This document shows positions 25,989 through 36,016 of a stretch of DNA of 64,000 nucleotides, piece by piece; position 1 is the stretch's first letter; the number at the start of each line of letters is the position of its first letter. The translations under genes and the position numbers were made by a program. The notes below the pieces were generated by a model. That model saw only the letters and a list, made by a program, of their open reading frames with translations, did no database searches and was not told the DNA's origin. Origin of the DNA: a bacterium (GTDB taxonomy: Bacteria; RBG-13-61-14; DATKZS01); the NCBI GenBank assembly GCA_963674965.2, contig CAXXFL010000007.1, forward strand, positions 345,034-409,033, in the 5' to 3' direction.

Positions 25989-27304
25989 TCAGACGCTGAC
26001 GTTGATCGCCACCAGCCGCCAAGTGGACCGCTCGTAGATGTATTTCAACGTGAATTCCACCGTGTAAATCGAGGCTCGACAGTTCCCTTGCAGCGTCAGC
26101 CACCCGTTTTCGTCCAAGCCCGCGGGCTCGGTAAAAACCGGCGTCGCCGACTCCACTCCCCCAGATCAATCTTCTTGTCGATAAACTCCTGGAAGATATC
26201 CTCGAGCGTCCAGGGACTTATCTGGGCTTTCCAGGTGTTGGAAATTCCCTGGTAAAAGGACTCGAAGCTTCCGCTGGTAATGGCTCGGTTAAAGGCCGTA
26301 AGGTCCCGGGCGACCATTTTTTCCATCTCGGCGCGGCTAGGCATTGGCCCGCCCATTTCCGCCGACTTGTCCGCCGGATTCACGTTTATGGCCACCAGCT
26401 TCCACTTCTCATCCTCATAAGCGTATTTAAACTGGGCCATCACCTTGTAAATAGGCGTAACGAAATGGCATCTTACGCGCAGCCATCCGTCCTCGTCCAT
26501 GTAAGGCTCCTCGTCGAGGACCGGCTCGGCCGTACCCATGCCCGTGAAATCCACGCCGTGATCGATAAAGCTTTGGAATATCGCTTTAAGCTGGGCGGGA
26601 GAGGTCTCCCTTTGCCAAAGGTTGGCCGTGTTTTGAAAAAACTCCGTGAAGTCCCTTGCGGCCATGGCCTTCTCGAACAAAAGAGCGCTCTGCCTGGCCA
26701 TCCGCTTTATCTCCATTTCATCGGGCAGATAACCTTCCCCGGACTCACCCACCGGCACGGCGTGAATACCGAAATAGGTGAGCTTCCATCTTCCCTCTTC
26801 CGCCGCGTATTGAAGGTCGAACTTGACCTTGTAGTCTGGAGTAGGGAAATAGCCCTCCAATGAAAGCCTGTCCCCGTCCGCGAGATAGGGGTCGCGCGTG
26901 AAACTGGCCGCCGCGCCGGAAACGCCTGTAAGGTCCATTTTTTTCTCCATAAACTCCTTAAACGCGTTCTCCAGATCGGCGGCGGAGGTCCGGGCTTTCC
27001 AGGCGTCGGAAATCCCCGCGTAAAACATGGAGAAATTCCCGGCGTTGACGGCGCTCGCGAAGCTCATGACGCTCATCCGGGCCAGGACCTCGGCTTCCTC
27101 GGTCGTCGGGACCCGGCCCGGGTCGGCGGGAATTGAAACGGAATCGCTAATATCCACCGGCGTGGCGGCCGCGGTAGTGGTCACTTCCGCTTCCCTCATG
27201 TAATAAAAATACCCTATGCCCGCGGCCCCTCCCACAAGGCCGATCAGAGCGACGACCGCTATCCCAATTATCGCCGCGATAATGCATCCCGATTTATTAT
27301 CCAA
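25989..27304 (-). pseudogene. Membrane-anchored triple-repeat protein with the reading frame broken in a G5 run (C5 on the plus strand, about 26158-26162); a frameshifted gene or a homopolymer sequencing error
   Basis: Track ORF 26096..27304 ends ...IDLGEWSRRRRFLPSPRAWTKTGG*. The -1 frame from the G-run reads GGVESATPVFTEPAGLDENGWLTLQGNCRASIYTVEFTLKYIYERSTWRLVAINVSV* (stop 25989-25991). This aligns with the ends of repeats 1 and 2 (e.g. ...DEDGWLRVRCHFVTPIYKVMAQFKYAYEDEKWKLVAINVNP). Confidence 0.7.
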
Positions 27305-27436
27305 GTTCCCGTCCTCCCTGATAATCTTATATCTAATGGGAAGTATAGCACGGTCGGGGCTTCATTCATTATTTTCGGCTCGCGTGATATCATGTCCACG
27401 TCCGATGGAAAAAACTTTATCGCGGGAGATGATCGC

Positions 27437-27949
27437 ATGCCTTCATTCGACGACTGGAGCAGGGAAGACCTTATAAAGCTTATCGAGATTCACGCCAAGA
27501 ACTGGCTCGCCCACGACGGCTGCTGGTTCCTGGCGGCTGAGAAGACCCACGGTCTGGAGGCGGCCATCCGGCTGGACGAGCTTTCGTGGGAGAAGTTCAC
27601 GGTGGTTGAGGCCCGCCGGATCATGGAGACCTTCTCGATCCAGGAGGGAGGAGGTCTCGATTCTCTGGCCAGGGCCCTGGAGTACCGGCTTTACGCCACT
27701 ATCAACGTCCAGGAGATCGAGCGTCCATCCCCGGACAAGCTGATCTTCACCATGGTGGACTGCCGGGTGCAAACGGCCAGGAGGAGGAAGAAGCTTGCCG
27801 ACTTCCCCTGCAAGTCGGTGGGAATTATCGAATACTCCGGTTTCGCTCGGACGATCGACCCCAGGATCGAGACGCGCTGCCTGCACTGCCCGCCCGACGA
27901 GGGGGACAAGTCCATAGGATGCCGCTGGGAATTTACCCTTTCCGGCTGA
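27437..27949 (+). CDS. Hypothetical cytoplasmic protein (possibly DUF6125/ATC-hydrolase-like, tentative)
   Basis: The longest ORF starts at 27392, but ATG 27437 follows GGGAGA. AKNWLAHDGCWFLAAEK and a Cys-containing C-terminus (CLHCPPDEG...GCRWEF). The family call is from memory and weak. Confidence 0.55.
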   Translation: MPSFDDWSREDLIKLIEIHAKNWLAHDGCWFLAAEKTHGLEAAIRLDELSWEKFTVVEARRIMETFSIQEGGGLDSLARALEYRLYATINVQEIERPSPDKLIFTMVDCRVQTARRRKKLADFPCKSVGIIEYSGFARTIDPRIETRCLHCPPDEGDKSIGCRWEFTLSG

Positions 27950-27958
27950 GGCCCGGGA

Positions 27959-28591
27959 TTAAATCCATTTCAGCCCGAAGGCGAAAAGGAGAAACAAAAA
28001 GGCGTCCACGCCGAGGATGGCCGACACGGCGATGATTTTATTCTTCATCTTCTCCATGTCGTGAACGAAGAAGGCGGCGGCCATGAAGGGCATGTAGCCC
28101 ACCACCACTATGGGCAAGACAAAGGGGAAATTCCACCACCAGTAGTCCCAGACCAGGGCGTCGGCCCGGTTGAGTATGACCTCGATGGCGACGCACATAA
28201 TGGAGTTGACCACTATCAGGAAGGGCCGGTTTGGAATCCCGAGTATTTTGGTCTTTTTATCCTTGGGCAGGGTCTTGAGGAAAGAGGGGCCCAGAACGGC
28301 GAACATGAGGCATATCTCGATATTGAGACCGCACAAAATAAGATAAGCCGTTTTGCCGGGCGCGAGCCAGCAGGCGGAGTATCGGGTGAAATGGAGCACG
28401 AGGCCGTTCCATATCTCGTTGAACCAATCCATGCCCCAGAAGGCCAGTCCGCCCAGGACGACGCTCCAGTTCCTTTTTCCGATCTCGGCTGAGTATATAT
28501 AAAAGACGATCACGAAAATGGGTATGACGTACCATTGGAAAAGGGACGGGTCCCTGAGGATAGCGAGGGACTGTTTGGCCGACTCGGTCAT
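27959..28591 (-). CDS. Polytopic membrane protein, unknown function (sits where pilA would be expected)
   Basis: 210 aa, about 6 hydrophobic segments, Trp-rich (VWDYWWWNFPF). Strong RBS AAGGAGG, 35 nt downstream of the pilR stop. No prepilin motif. Confidence 0.7.
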   Translation of the reverse strand: MTESAKQSLAILRDPSLFQWYVIPIFVIVFYIYSAEIGKRNWSVVLGGLAFWGMDWFNEIWNGLVLHFTRYSACWLAPGKTAYLILCGLNIEICLMFAVLGPSFLKTLPKDKKTKILGIPNRPFLIVVNSIMCVAIEVILNRADALVWDYWWWNFPFVLPIVVVGYMPFMAAAFFVHDMEKMKNKIIAVSAILGVDAFLFLLFAFGLKWI

Positions 28592-28626
28592 GACGTAACT
28601 CCTCCTTGCTTCATCGGGCGGCGTCT

Positions 28627-30036
28627 TTAGAAATCGTCTTCCCCGTAGTCCTCGGTCTCCTCTTCCTGGGCAATGCCCAGTTTTTCCATCCTATAGCGCA
28701 GCGACCGAAAGGAAAGGCCCAAGAGCTTGGCCGCCTTGTTTTTGACGTTCCTGGATCTGCGCAGGGCCTCCTCGATGTATTCTCTTTCCATGCCGGCCAG
28801 CAAGAGGTCGAGGTCGACGCCTTCCTCGGGGAATTCCAGGCCCGCGAAGTCGCCGCAAAAGCCGCCGCCGGTCTTGATTCTCTCCGGCAGGTTCTCCGCC
28901 GCTATGGTCTCGGCGGTGGTCAGGCTCACGGCCCTCTCGATGGCGTTCTCCAGTTCCCTCACGTTTCCGGGCCATTTGTATTCCACCAGCAGCCGCTCGG
29001 CCTCGGGGGAAATATCGATAACTTTTTTTCCTATCTCGGCGGCAAACCTCTTGATGAAATGTCGGACCAGCATGGGGATATCCTCTTGCCTGTCCCGGAG
29101 AGGAGGCATACGGAGCATGATCACGTTCAACCTGTAATAAAGGTCCTCCCGGAACTCGCCCGTCCGGATGGCCTTTTCCATGTCCCGGTTGCTGGCGGCG
29201 ATGACCCGCGCGTCCACGTTCACGTCCTCGACGCCGCCAATGGGCTTGAAGGCCTTTTCCTGAATGGCTCGGAGCAATTTGACCTGTATGGACAGGGGCG
29301 TGTCTCCAATCTCGTCCAGAAAGATAGTCCCTTTGTGGGCGACCTCGAAGAGCCCGCGCTTGTCGTTGTAGGCCCCCGTGAACGATCCCTTTTTATGCCC
29401 GAAAAGCTCGCTCTCGAGCAGCTCGGAAGGTATGGCGCCGCAGTTGACGGTAACGAAAGGCTTGTCTCTTCTGGGGCTGTTATAGTGGACGGCCTTGGCC
29501 ACGAGTTCCTTTCCCGTGCCCGATTCTCCCAAGAGAAGCACGTTCGACCTGGTGGGGGCGATTTTCCTGATGAGATCGAACATCTCCTTCATGGGTGGAC
29601 TGGCGCCCACGATATTGTCGAACATATACTTATGCTCGACTTCCTTTTGGAGCCTTATATTGTCCCTTACAAGGTATACCTTCTCGAGGGCCTTGCTGAC
29701 GATGAGCTTTATCTCGTCCACCTGGAAGGGCTTGGTGATGTAATCGTAGGCGCCCATTTTCATGGCCTCGACCGCGCTTTCGGTCGAGGCGAAGGCGGTT
29801 ATCATTATCACCGGCGTCAAGGGGTTAACTTTTTTCGAGCTTTTAAGTACCTCCATGCCGTTTCCCTTCGGCATCATGACGTCACAGACAATGAGGTCGT
29901 ACTCGGAGTTTTTTATCCTCTCGATGGCCTCCTCTCCGTTCTTGACGGTCTCGACCGCGTAGCCTTCCTTTTGCAGGAGTATTTCCAGAAACTCCCGCAT
30001 GCTCAGTTCGTCATCGGCGACTAAAATCCTTTCCAA
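28627..30036 (-). CDS. pilR: Sigma-54-dependent response regulator (NtrC family), PilR by context
   Basis: REC (LVADDE...DLIVCDVMMP), AAA+ (GESGTGKELVAKAVH, GSFTGA, ESELFGH) and Fis-type HTH (AAKLLGLSFRSLRYRMEKLGI). TTG start after AAGGAGGAG. Confidence 0.85.
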   Translation of the reverse strand: MERILVADDELSMREFLEILLQKEGYAVETVKNGEEAIERIKNSEYDLIVCDVMMPKGNGMEVLKSSKKVNPLTPVIMITAFASTESAVEAMKMGAYDYITKPFQVDEIKLIVSKALEKVYLVRDNIRLQKEVEHKYMFDNIVGASPPMKEMFDLIRKIAPTRSNVLLLGESGTGKELVAKAVHYNSPRRDKPFVTVNCGAIPSELLESELFGHKKGSFTGAYNDKRGLFEVAHKGTIFLDEIGDTPLSIQVKLLRAIQEKAFKPIGGVEDVNVDARVIAASNRDMEKAIRTGEFREDLYYRLNVIMLRMPPLRDRQEDIPMLVRHFIKRFAAEIGKKVIDISPEAERLLVEYKWPGNVRELENAIERAVSLTTAETIAAENLPERIKTGGGFCGDFAGLEFPEEGVDLDLLLAGMEREYIEEALRRSRNVKNKAAKLLGLSFRSLRYRMEKLGIAQEEETEDYGEDDF

Positions 30037-30080
30037 TCCCGCTCCTCCTTGGCCTATCCTATCTGGTTAGCGCTCGTGTT

Positions 30081-31832
30081 TCAATCCTGGACTCCCCGGT
30101 CCGCGGCGAGATTTTTCGGTATTTCGACAATGAACCTCGCCCCCCCCCGGCTTCCTTCCTCTACCGTTATCTGTCCCTCCAGGGCCTCGACCACGCGATA
30201 GACCACGCTAAGTCCCAGTCCGGTCCCGCCGTCCCTCGTGGTGAAGAAAGGATCGAAGATTTTATCCTTGTTTTCGGGCGGGATACCCGGTCCATTGTCC
30301 TCGATCTCGAGCCGGACCATCTCTTTTTTCTCCTGATTTGTATTTATCCCCTCCAGTTCATCTTCCTTCATGAAGGAGGAGGCCCGCAAAAAAAGGTCGC
30401 CGCCCTCGGGCATGACCTGCACGGCGTTGTTCACGATATTCCACACGATCTGTTCCAGGAGCTTGGGGTCGGTCCGGACCACCAGGCCGGCCTCGACCTC
30501 CATGCCGCACTCGATATATTGAGGCACGTCCTTCCTGTTCTTGTAAACGTCCATGATCTCGAGCAGCAGGCCGCCCAGGTCCACGTTCTCGATGGTTTTG
30601 GGCGAAGGCCGCGCGAAAAGCAAAAAGTCCGTTATCAAACCGTCAAGCCTGTAAGTTTCCCGCAGCACGATTCCCATCAGCCTGGCGCTGGTATCGTCCA
30701 GGCTGAGGTCGTGGGACAGCATCTGTATGGAGCCGCTCATCGAGGCCAGCGGGTTCCTGATCTCGTGAGCGATGCCGGCCGCCAGTTGTCCGACGGCCGC
30801 TAGTTTGTCCGTCCTTCTAAGTCTTTCCTCCATCTCGCGCAGGTCCGTGATGTCGTTGAGAATCACCAGGGTACCCAGCCTTTCTTTATCGGCGCCTCGC
30901 AACATGGAAAGACGAAACTCGAGGTATTTCTTTTTCCCGCCGGGGTCTATCCAGACGGCGTCGTTTCTGCTTGGAAGCCAATCGGAGTCGGAAGGAGAGT
31001 GCTTCATGAACTCATCGGCGTCCACAAAAAGCTCGGCGATTTTCTTGCCTCGGGCCTTTTGCCCTCCGATCCCGGTGATGGCCTCGGCGGCGGCGTTGAA
31101 AGAAGTCACTCGATCGTCAAGATCAAGAGTAATTATTCCGGACGAGAGCGAGCGCACGATGTTGTCGTTGAACGCCTCGAGCACGTCGCGGTCCCGGAGG
31201 GTCTCCTTGAGTTCTACTCCCGTGACCCGGAGCTTCTCCGTCAGATAACTGGTAAGGACGGCCATGCCGAACATGGCCGCGAGGTTGATAAAAAAGTTAT
31301 ATAAGGTGGTCCTGCCGCCCGGTTCGTACTCCCTCAAAAGATCGGGGAACCAACCCAGTTCCAGTCCAGCCAACAGCAACCCGTAGGCCAGGCTTCCAAG
31401 GGTCGCGGCCAGAAAAGCCCCCTTCCTGTATTGGAGTATCCCGCCCACGATAATCATGATCAGGTAAAGAAAAGAAAAGATGGACTCGAATTTCCCCGTG
31501 GTTATGTAAATAAGGGCGGTAACGAAAATGGTTTCCCAGGCTATATGGAAATAGGAGATGAAGTTAAGGCGCCGCGTCCATCTGAGGAGCAGCGCCGAGC
31601 CAAGGGTGATAAAATAGGTCGTTCCAGTAAGGAAATAAAGGGCCAACAGGGGAAGGGTGTAAAAGGTCTGGGACCTGGTAACGTGAATCACGATGGTCGC
31701 GGCGAGCAGGAAAGTGACCAGAATGACCCGCAACAATAGAGAAAGCTGCAGCCGCCGGTATAGTTCCTCCCCGGCGGCCGCTTTTTCGCGGGCCATCGGC
31801 TCGACGGCCCAGTCGATCTTTCTCTTCGTCAC
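30081..31832 (-). CDS. pilS: Sensor histidine kinase (multi-TM, PAS, HisKA, HATPase), PilS by context
   Basis: About 6 N-terminal TM segments, H-box AAGIAHEIRNPL and G-boxes (DNGPGI, GGTGLGLSVV). GTG start overlaps the pilC stop (GTGA). Confidence 0.8.
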   Translation of the reverse strand: MTKRKIDWAVEPMAREKAAAGEELYRRLQLSLLLRVILVTFLLAATIVIHVTRSQTFYTLPLLALYFLTGTTYFITLGSALLLRWTRRLNFISYFHIAWETIFVTALIYITTGKFESIFSFLYLIMIIVGGILQYRKGAFLAATLGSLAYGLLLAGLELGWFPDLLREYEPGGRTTLYNFFINLAAMFGMAVLTSYLTEKLRVTGVELKETLRDRDVLEAFNDNIVRSLSSGIITLDLDDRVTSFNAAAEAITGIGGQKARGKKIAELFVDADEFMKHSPSDSDWLPSRNDAVWIDPGGKKKYLEFRLSMLRGADKERLGTLVILNDITDLREMEERLRRTDKLAAVGQLAAGIAHEIRNPLASMSGSIQMLSHDLSLDDTSARLMGIVLRETYRLDGLITDFLLFARPSPKTIENVDLGGLLLEIMDVYKNRKDVPQYIECGMEVEAGLVVRTDPKLLEQIVWNIVNNAVQVMPEGGDLFLRASSFMKEDELEGINTNQEKKEMVRLEIEDNGPGIPPENKDKIFDPFFTTRDGGTGLGLSVVYRVVEALEGQITVEEGSRGGARFIVEIPKNLAADRGVQD

Positions 31833-33064
31833 GAGGAAGCGAACTTGCCCGCCATCGAGAATATCGGCAAGTACATGGCGATGGCCACGCCGCCGACGCT
31901 TACGCCCAGGAAGACCATGAGCAGAGGCTCGATCATCGAGGTCAGCGCCTCGACGGCGTCGTCCACCTCCTCCTCGTAGAAGTCGGCGATCTTGCCCAGC
32001 ATGGTGTCCAGGGCCCCCGTTTGTTCTCCAACGCCTATCATCTGCGTAACCATGTGGGGAAAGACCTTGCTTTCCTTCATGGGATCGGACAGGGTCTTGC
32101 CCTCGGCGATGGCGCTTCTCACCTTCTGGAGTTCCTCCTCGACGACCATGTTGCCGGCGACCTTGGCCACGATCTCCAGGCCGTCCATAATGGGAACGCC
32201 CGAGCTTATCAAGGTGCCCAGGGTGCGCGAGAAGCCGGCCACCGTCGTTTTCCTGATCAGGTCTCCGACAATAGGAATTTTAAGGAAAACGCTGTGGAAG
32301 AAATACTTCCCCTTGGGCTGGGAATTGATAAGGTAATAAGACACGATCAAAACGGCGACCGTGCCGATGATGATGGCCCATCCGAATTTAATCACCAGCC
32401 AGTTGCTAAGGTCCACCACCAACTGGGTAAGGGTGGGCAGGGTGGCGCCCATGTCCTCGAACATCTTGGCGAAAGTCGGGATAACGAAGATAAGCAAAAT
32501 GGCCACGACGGCTATGGCGACGGTCATAACGATCGACGGGTAAATCATGGCGCTTTTAATCTGCTTTTTGAGCCTGGCCGTTTTTTCCATCGATAAGGCC
32601 AGACGGTTCAGAATCGTGTCCAGGATACCGCCGATCTCGCCCGCCTTGACCATCTGCACGTAGAGGTCGTTGAAGACCTTGGGATACTTGGCCAGCGAAT
32701 CGGCGAAGGTCTGGCCCGACTCGACGCTTTCCTTGACGCCGAAAAGCACCTTCTTGAAAGTCTTGTTCTCCTGTTCGGTGCCCAGAAGGTCCAGGCACTG
32801 GACCAGCGGCAGGCCGGCGTCGATCATGGTCGCGAACTGTCTGGTGAAAATTATAAGGTCCTTGTCGCCCACGCCCGGCTCCATGCCTGGAATGTTGAGT
32901 TCCATGTCCATGCTGAAGCCGGCCTTTTCCTTAACCGAACCCTCAAGGGGCGAGATGTCCTCGGACCGAAGCCTGGCGTAGACGGCGTCAACGCTGTTGG
33001 CCTCCATGACGCCGGTTTCAACCTTGCCGGCCCTCGTCCTTCCCTTCCACTCGAACTTTGGCAT
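31829..33064 (-). CDS. pilC: Type IV pilus platform protein PilC (GspF family)
   Basis: Two GspF repeats (FTRQFATMIDAGLPL...; FSRTLGTLISSGVPI...) and 3 TM segments. Confidence 0.9.
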   Translation of the reverse strand: MPKFEWKGRTRAGKVETGVMEANSVDAVYARLRSEDISPLEGSVKEKAGFSMDMELNIPGMEPGVGDKDLIIFTRQFATMIDAGLPLVQCLDLLGTEQENKTFKKVLFGVKESVESGQTFADSLAKYPKVFNDLYVQMVKAGEIGGILDTILNRLALSMEKTARLKKQIKSAMIYPSIVMTVAIAVVAILLIFVIPTFAKMFEDMGATLPTLTQLVVDLSNWLVIKFGWAIIIGTVAVLIVSYYLINSQPKGKYFFHSVFLKIPIVGDLIRKTTVAGFSRTLGTLISSGVPIMDGLEIVAKVAGNMVVEEELQKVRSAIAEGKTLSDPMKESKVFPHMVTQMIGVGEQTGALDTMLGKIADFYEEEVDDAVEALTSMIEPLLMVFLGVSVGGVAIAMYLPIFSMAGKFASS

Positions 33065-33126
33065 TGTAAACCCCCTTAATTATCAACTCGCGGCGCGGCC
33101 CGGCGGCGGGCGGCGCGTCTGCCCGC

Positions 33127-34221
33127 TTACTTGGCGCCGGGAGCCTTGCCCGGCGTTCCTCCCCTCTCGATGATCTGCTTTAGCTCTTCCACGTCGGAAC
33201 TCCTACCCAGCGCGTCCTCCAAGGTTATCAGCCGCTTGAAATAAAGGTTCGCCAACGACTGGTTGAACGTGAGCATGCCGAACTTTTCCTGTCCAACCTG
33301 CATCGAGGAATATATCTGATGGATCCTGTCCTCACGGATCAGGTTCCTGATCGCCGGGTTGGGTACCATGACCTCCAGGGCCAGCGCCCGGCCGTGGCCG
33401 CTGGCCTTGGGAATAAGGTTCTGACAAAGCACGCCCTCCAGAACGAAGGAAAGCTGGGCCCTGACCTGCGACTGCTGGTAGGACGGGAAAACGTCGATGA
33501 TGCGGTTCATGGTCTGCACCGCCGAGTTGGTGTGAAGGGTGGCGAAGACCAAGTGGCCCGTTTCCGAGCAGACGAGGGCCGCCTCGATCGTCTCCAGGTC
33601 CCGCATCTCGCCGATGAGCACCACGTCCGGGTCCTGCCGCAGAATGTACTTGAGCGCCGTTTTGAAGCTCTTGGTGTCGGCGTTTACCTCCCTCTGGTTG
33701 ACGATGCAGTTCTTGTGGGGATGGAGGTACTCGATGGGGTCCTCGATGGTTATTATGTGCTCGTGCCGGTCGGTGTTGATTTTGTCCAGAATGGCCGCCA
33801 GGGTCGTGGACTTGCCCGAGCCCGTGGGTCCAGTTATCAGCACCAGTCCCCGGGGTTTTTTCGCCAGCGCCTCGACGACCGGGGGAAGACCGAGCTCATG
33901 GAAACCCATTATCTTGAAGGGAATGGTACGGAAGGCCCCCGCCACGGCGCCCCTTTGCATGAAGATGTTGGACCTGAATCGGGATAAGCCCTTGACGCCG
34001 AAACTGAGGTCGAGCTCGCTGTTTTCCTCGAACCTGTGCTTCTGGCTGTCCGTTAAAATGGAATAGCAAAGCTGTTTGGTCTCCGGCGCGGTTAGCGGCG
34101 GCGACTTGAGAGGATTGAGACGCCCGTCGATCCTGAGCTGGGGCGCGGCGCCGGTGGTTATGTGGAGGTCCGAGGCCCCCTTCTCGATCATGGCCTTGAG
34201 CAACTGGTGAAGATTGGGCAT
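33127..34221 (-). CDS. pilT: Twitching-motility retraction ATPase PilT
   Basis: GASDLHITTGAAPQLRIDG, Walker A GPTGSGKST, ITIEDPIE, GHLVFATLHT; length 364 aa. Confidence 0.9.
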   Translation of the reverse strand: MPNLHQLLKAMIEKGASDLHITTGAAPQLRIDGRLNPLKSPPLTAPETKQLCYSILTDSQKHRFEENSELDLSFGVKGLSRFRSNIFMQRGAVAGAFRTIPFKIMGFHELGLPPVVEALAKKPRGLVLITGPTGSGKSTTLAAILDKINTDRHEHIITIEDPIEYLHPHKNCIVNQREVNADTKSFKTALKYILRQDPDVVLIGEMRDLETIEAALVCSETGHLVFATLHTNSAVQTMNRIIDVFPSYQQSQVRAQLSFVLEGVLCQNLIPKASGHGRALALEVMVPNPAIRNLIREDRIHQIYSSMQVGQEKFGMLTFNQSLANLYFKRLITLEDALGRSSDVEELKQIIERGGTPGKAPGAK

Positions 34222-34248
34222 GGCAGATACCTGGTTCCTTCCTTATTT

Positions 34249-35949
34249 TTAGTCCGCCGCGGTCGAGCGCAGCACTTCCTCGACCGTCGTGGTTCCCTCG
34301 GCGAGCCTCCTTAAGCCGGCCTTCCGAAGGGACAGCATTCCCAGACGCTGGGCCTCGGCCTTGAGCTCGGACGTGGAGGCCCCGTTTAAAATGAATTCCT
34401 TGATCTCGTCGTAAATGTACATGACCTCGGAGAGCGCTATCCTGCCCTTGTATCCGGTTTCCGAGCACACGTGGCATCCCTCGCCCTTGTAGCACTGCAT
34501 CGACTCGGCCTCCTCGGAGCTCAGTCCAAGGTCGATGAGGGCCGAGGGCTCGACGTCGATGGGTATCTTGCAGTCCTCGTGTATTTTCCTGGCCAGACGC
34601 TGCGCCTGGATGATGTTCACGGCGCTGGCCACGAGGAAGGGCTCGACGCCCATGTTAAGAAGCCTGTTGACCGTTCCCGGCGCGTCGTTGGTGTGGAGGG
34701 TGGAGAGGACCAAGTGGCCGGTAAGGGCCGCCTTGACCGCTATCTCGGCCGTCTCGAAGTCTCGAATCTCTCCCACCATGATGATGTCCGGGTCCTGCCG
34801 GAGGAAGGACCGGAGGGCGGCGGCGAAGTTAAGTCCGATCTCCTCCTTCATTTGCACCTGGTTGATGCCCATGAGGTTGAACTCGACCGGGTCCTCGGCG
34901 GTGGAGATGTTGGTCGTCGTCTTGTTGAGGTCCGAAAGAGCTGAGTAAAGCGTGGTCGTCTTTCCCGACCCCGTGGGCCCCGTGACCAGGACCATGCCGT
35001 AGGGCTGGTGGATGGCCTTGAGAAACAGGTCCAACTGCTCGGGAAAGAAGCCCAGCTTGGTCATGTCGAGTTGGAGGTTGGACTTGTCCAAAAGCCGGCA
35101 GACCACCTTCTCGCCGAAGAGGGTGGGAAGGACCGAGACGCGGTAGTCCATTTCCTTTCCCTTGCCCAGCTTGATCTTGATGCGGCCGTCCTGGGGAAGA
35201 CGCCTCTCGGCGATGTCCAGGTTGCTCATGATTTTTATCCTGGCCACGATGGGGTTCTTCAACTTCATGGGGGGCTTCATCACCTCGTAGAGGACCCCGT
35301 CAATGCGGTAGCGCACCCTGAAGCTCTTCTCGTAGGGCTCGACGTGAATATCGGAGGCGTTCTTTTTGATGGCGTCGGTGAGAATCAGGTTGACCAGCCT
35401 GATGACGGGGGCGTCGTCGGACGCCCTCTCCAGGTCGTTGATATTGACGTCGTCCTCGTCGTCGTCGCCCAGGGCGATGTCCAGGTCCTCGAAGTCTCCC
35501 AGCATGTCGTCGAGACTTTCGGATGATTGCGAGTAATATCCCTCGATGGCGTCGTTGATGGTATTCTCGGGGGCAACCACCACCTCGACCTTGTAGCCGG
35601 TCAGAAACTCGATGTCGCTGATGGCGAACATGTTCGAGGGATCGGCCATGGCCACCACCAATGTGCTCCCCGCCCGGTTGATCGGGATCAGCATGTGCTT
35701 CTTGGCCTGTTCTTCAGGGACGAGCTTGATAACTTCCTGGTCGATCTCGAACTCCGCCAGATTGATGGAGGGCACCCCGAACTGCTTGCTTAAAAAATCG
35801 GCCAACTCCTCTTCTTTAAGAAAGCCCAGGCGAGTCAGGTTCGCCCCCAGACGGCCTCCCCGCTTCTTTTGTTCCTCCAGCGCCTGCTGGAGCTCAGCCG
35901 GCGTAATCAGGTTCTCCCTGACTAACAACTCCCCCAATTTTTGGGCCAT
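34249..35949 (-). CDS. pilB: Type IV pilus assembly ATPase PilB (GspE family)
   Basis: N-terminal T2SSE_N (LGELLVRENLITPAELQQALEEQ), Walker A GPTGSGKTTT and a tetracysteine region (CYKGEGCHVCSETGYKGR). Confidence 0.9.
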   Translation of the reverse strand: MAQKLGELLVRENLITPAELQQALEEQKKRGGRLGANLTRLGFLKEEELADFLSKQFGVPSINLAEFEIDQEVIKLVPEEQAKKHMLIPINRAGSTLVVAMADPSNMFAISDIEFLTGYKVEVVVAPENTINDAIEGYYSQSSESLDDMLGDFEDLDIALGDDDEDDVNINDLERASDDAPVIRLVNLILTDAIKKNASDIHVEPYEKSFRVRYRIDGVLYEVMKPPMKLKNPIVARIKIMSNLDIAERRLPQDGRIKIKLGKGKEMDYRVSVLPTLFGEKVVCRLLDKSNLQLDMTKLGFFPEQLDLFLKAIHQPYGMVLVTGPTGSGKTTTLYSALSDLNKTTTNISTAEDPVEFNLMGINQVQMKEEIGLNFAAALRSFLRQDPDIIMVGEIRDFETAEIAVKAALTGHLVLSTLHTNDAPGTVNRLLNMGVEPFLVASAVNIIQAQRLARKIHEDCKIPIDVEPSALIDLGLSSEEAESMQCYKGEGCHVCSETGYKGRIALSEVMYIYDEIKEFILNGASTSELKAEAQRLGMLSLRKAGLRRLAEGTTTVEEVLRSTAAD

Positions 35950-36016
35950 TACATTCCCCCTAAACGATTTCAGTTCGCAAGAAACCCATCCTAGGATAAT
36001 GGTTTCCAGATTATCT

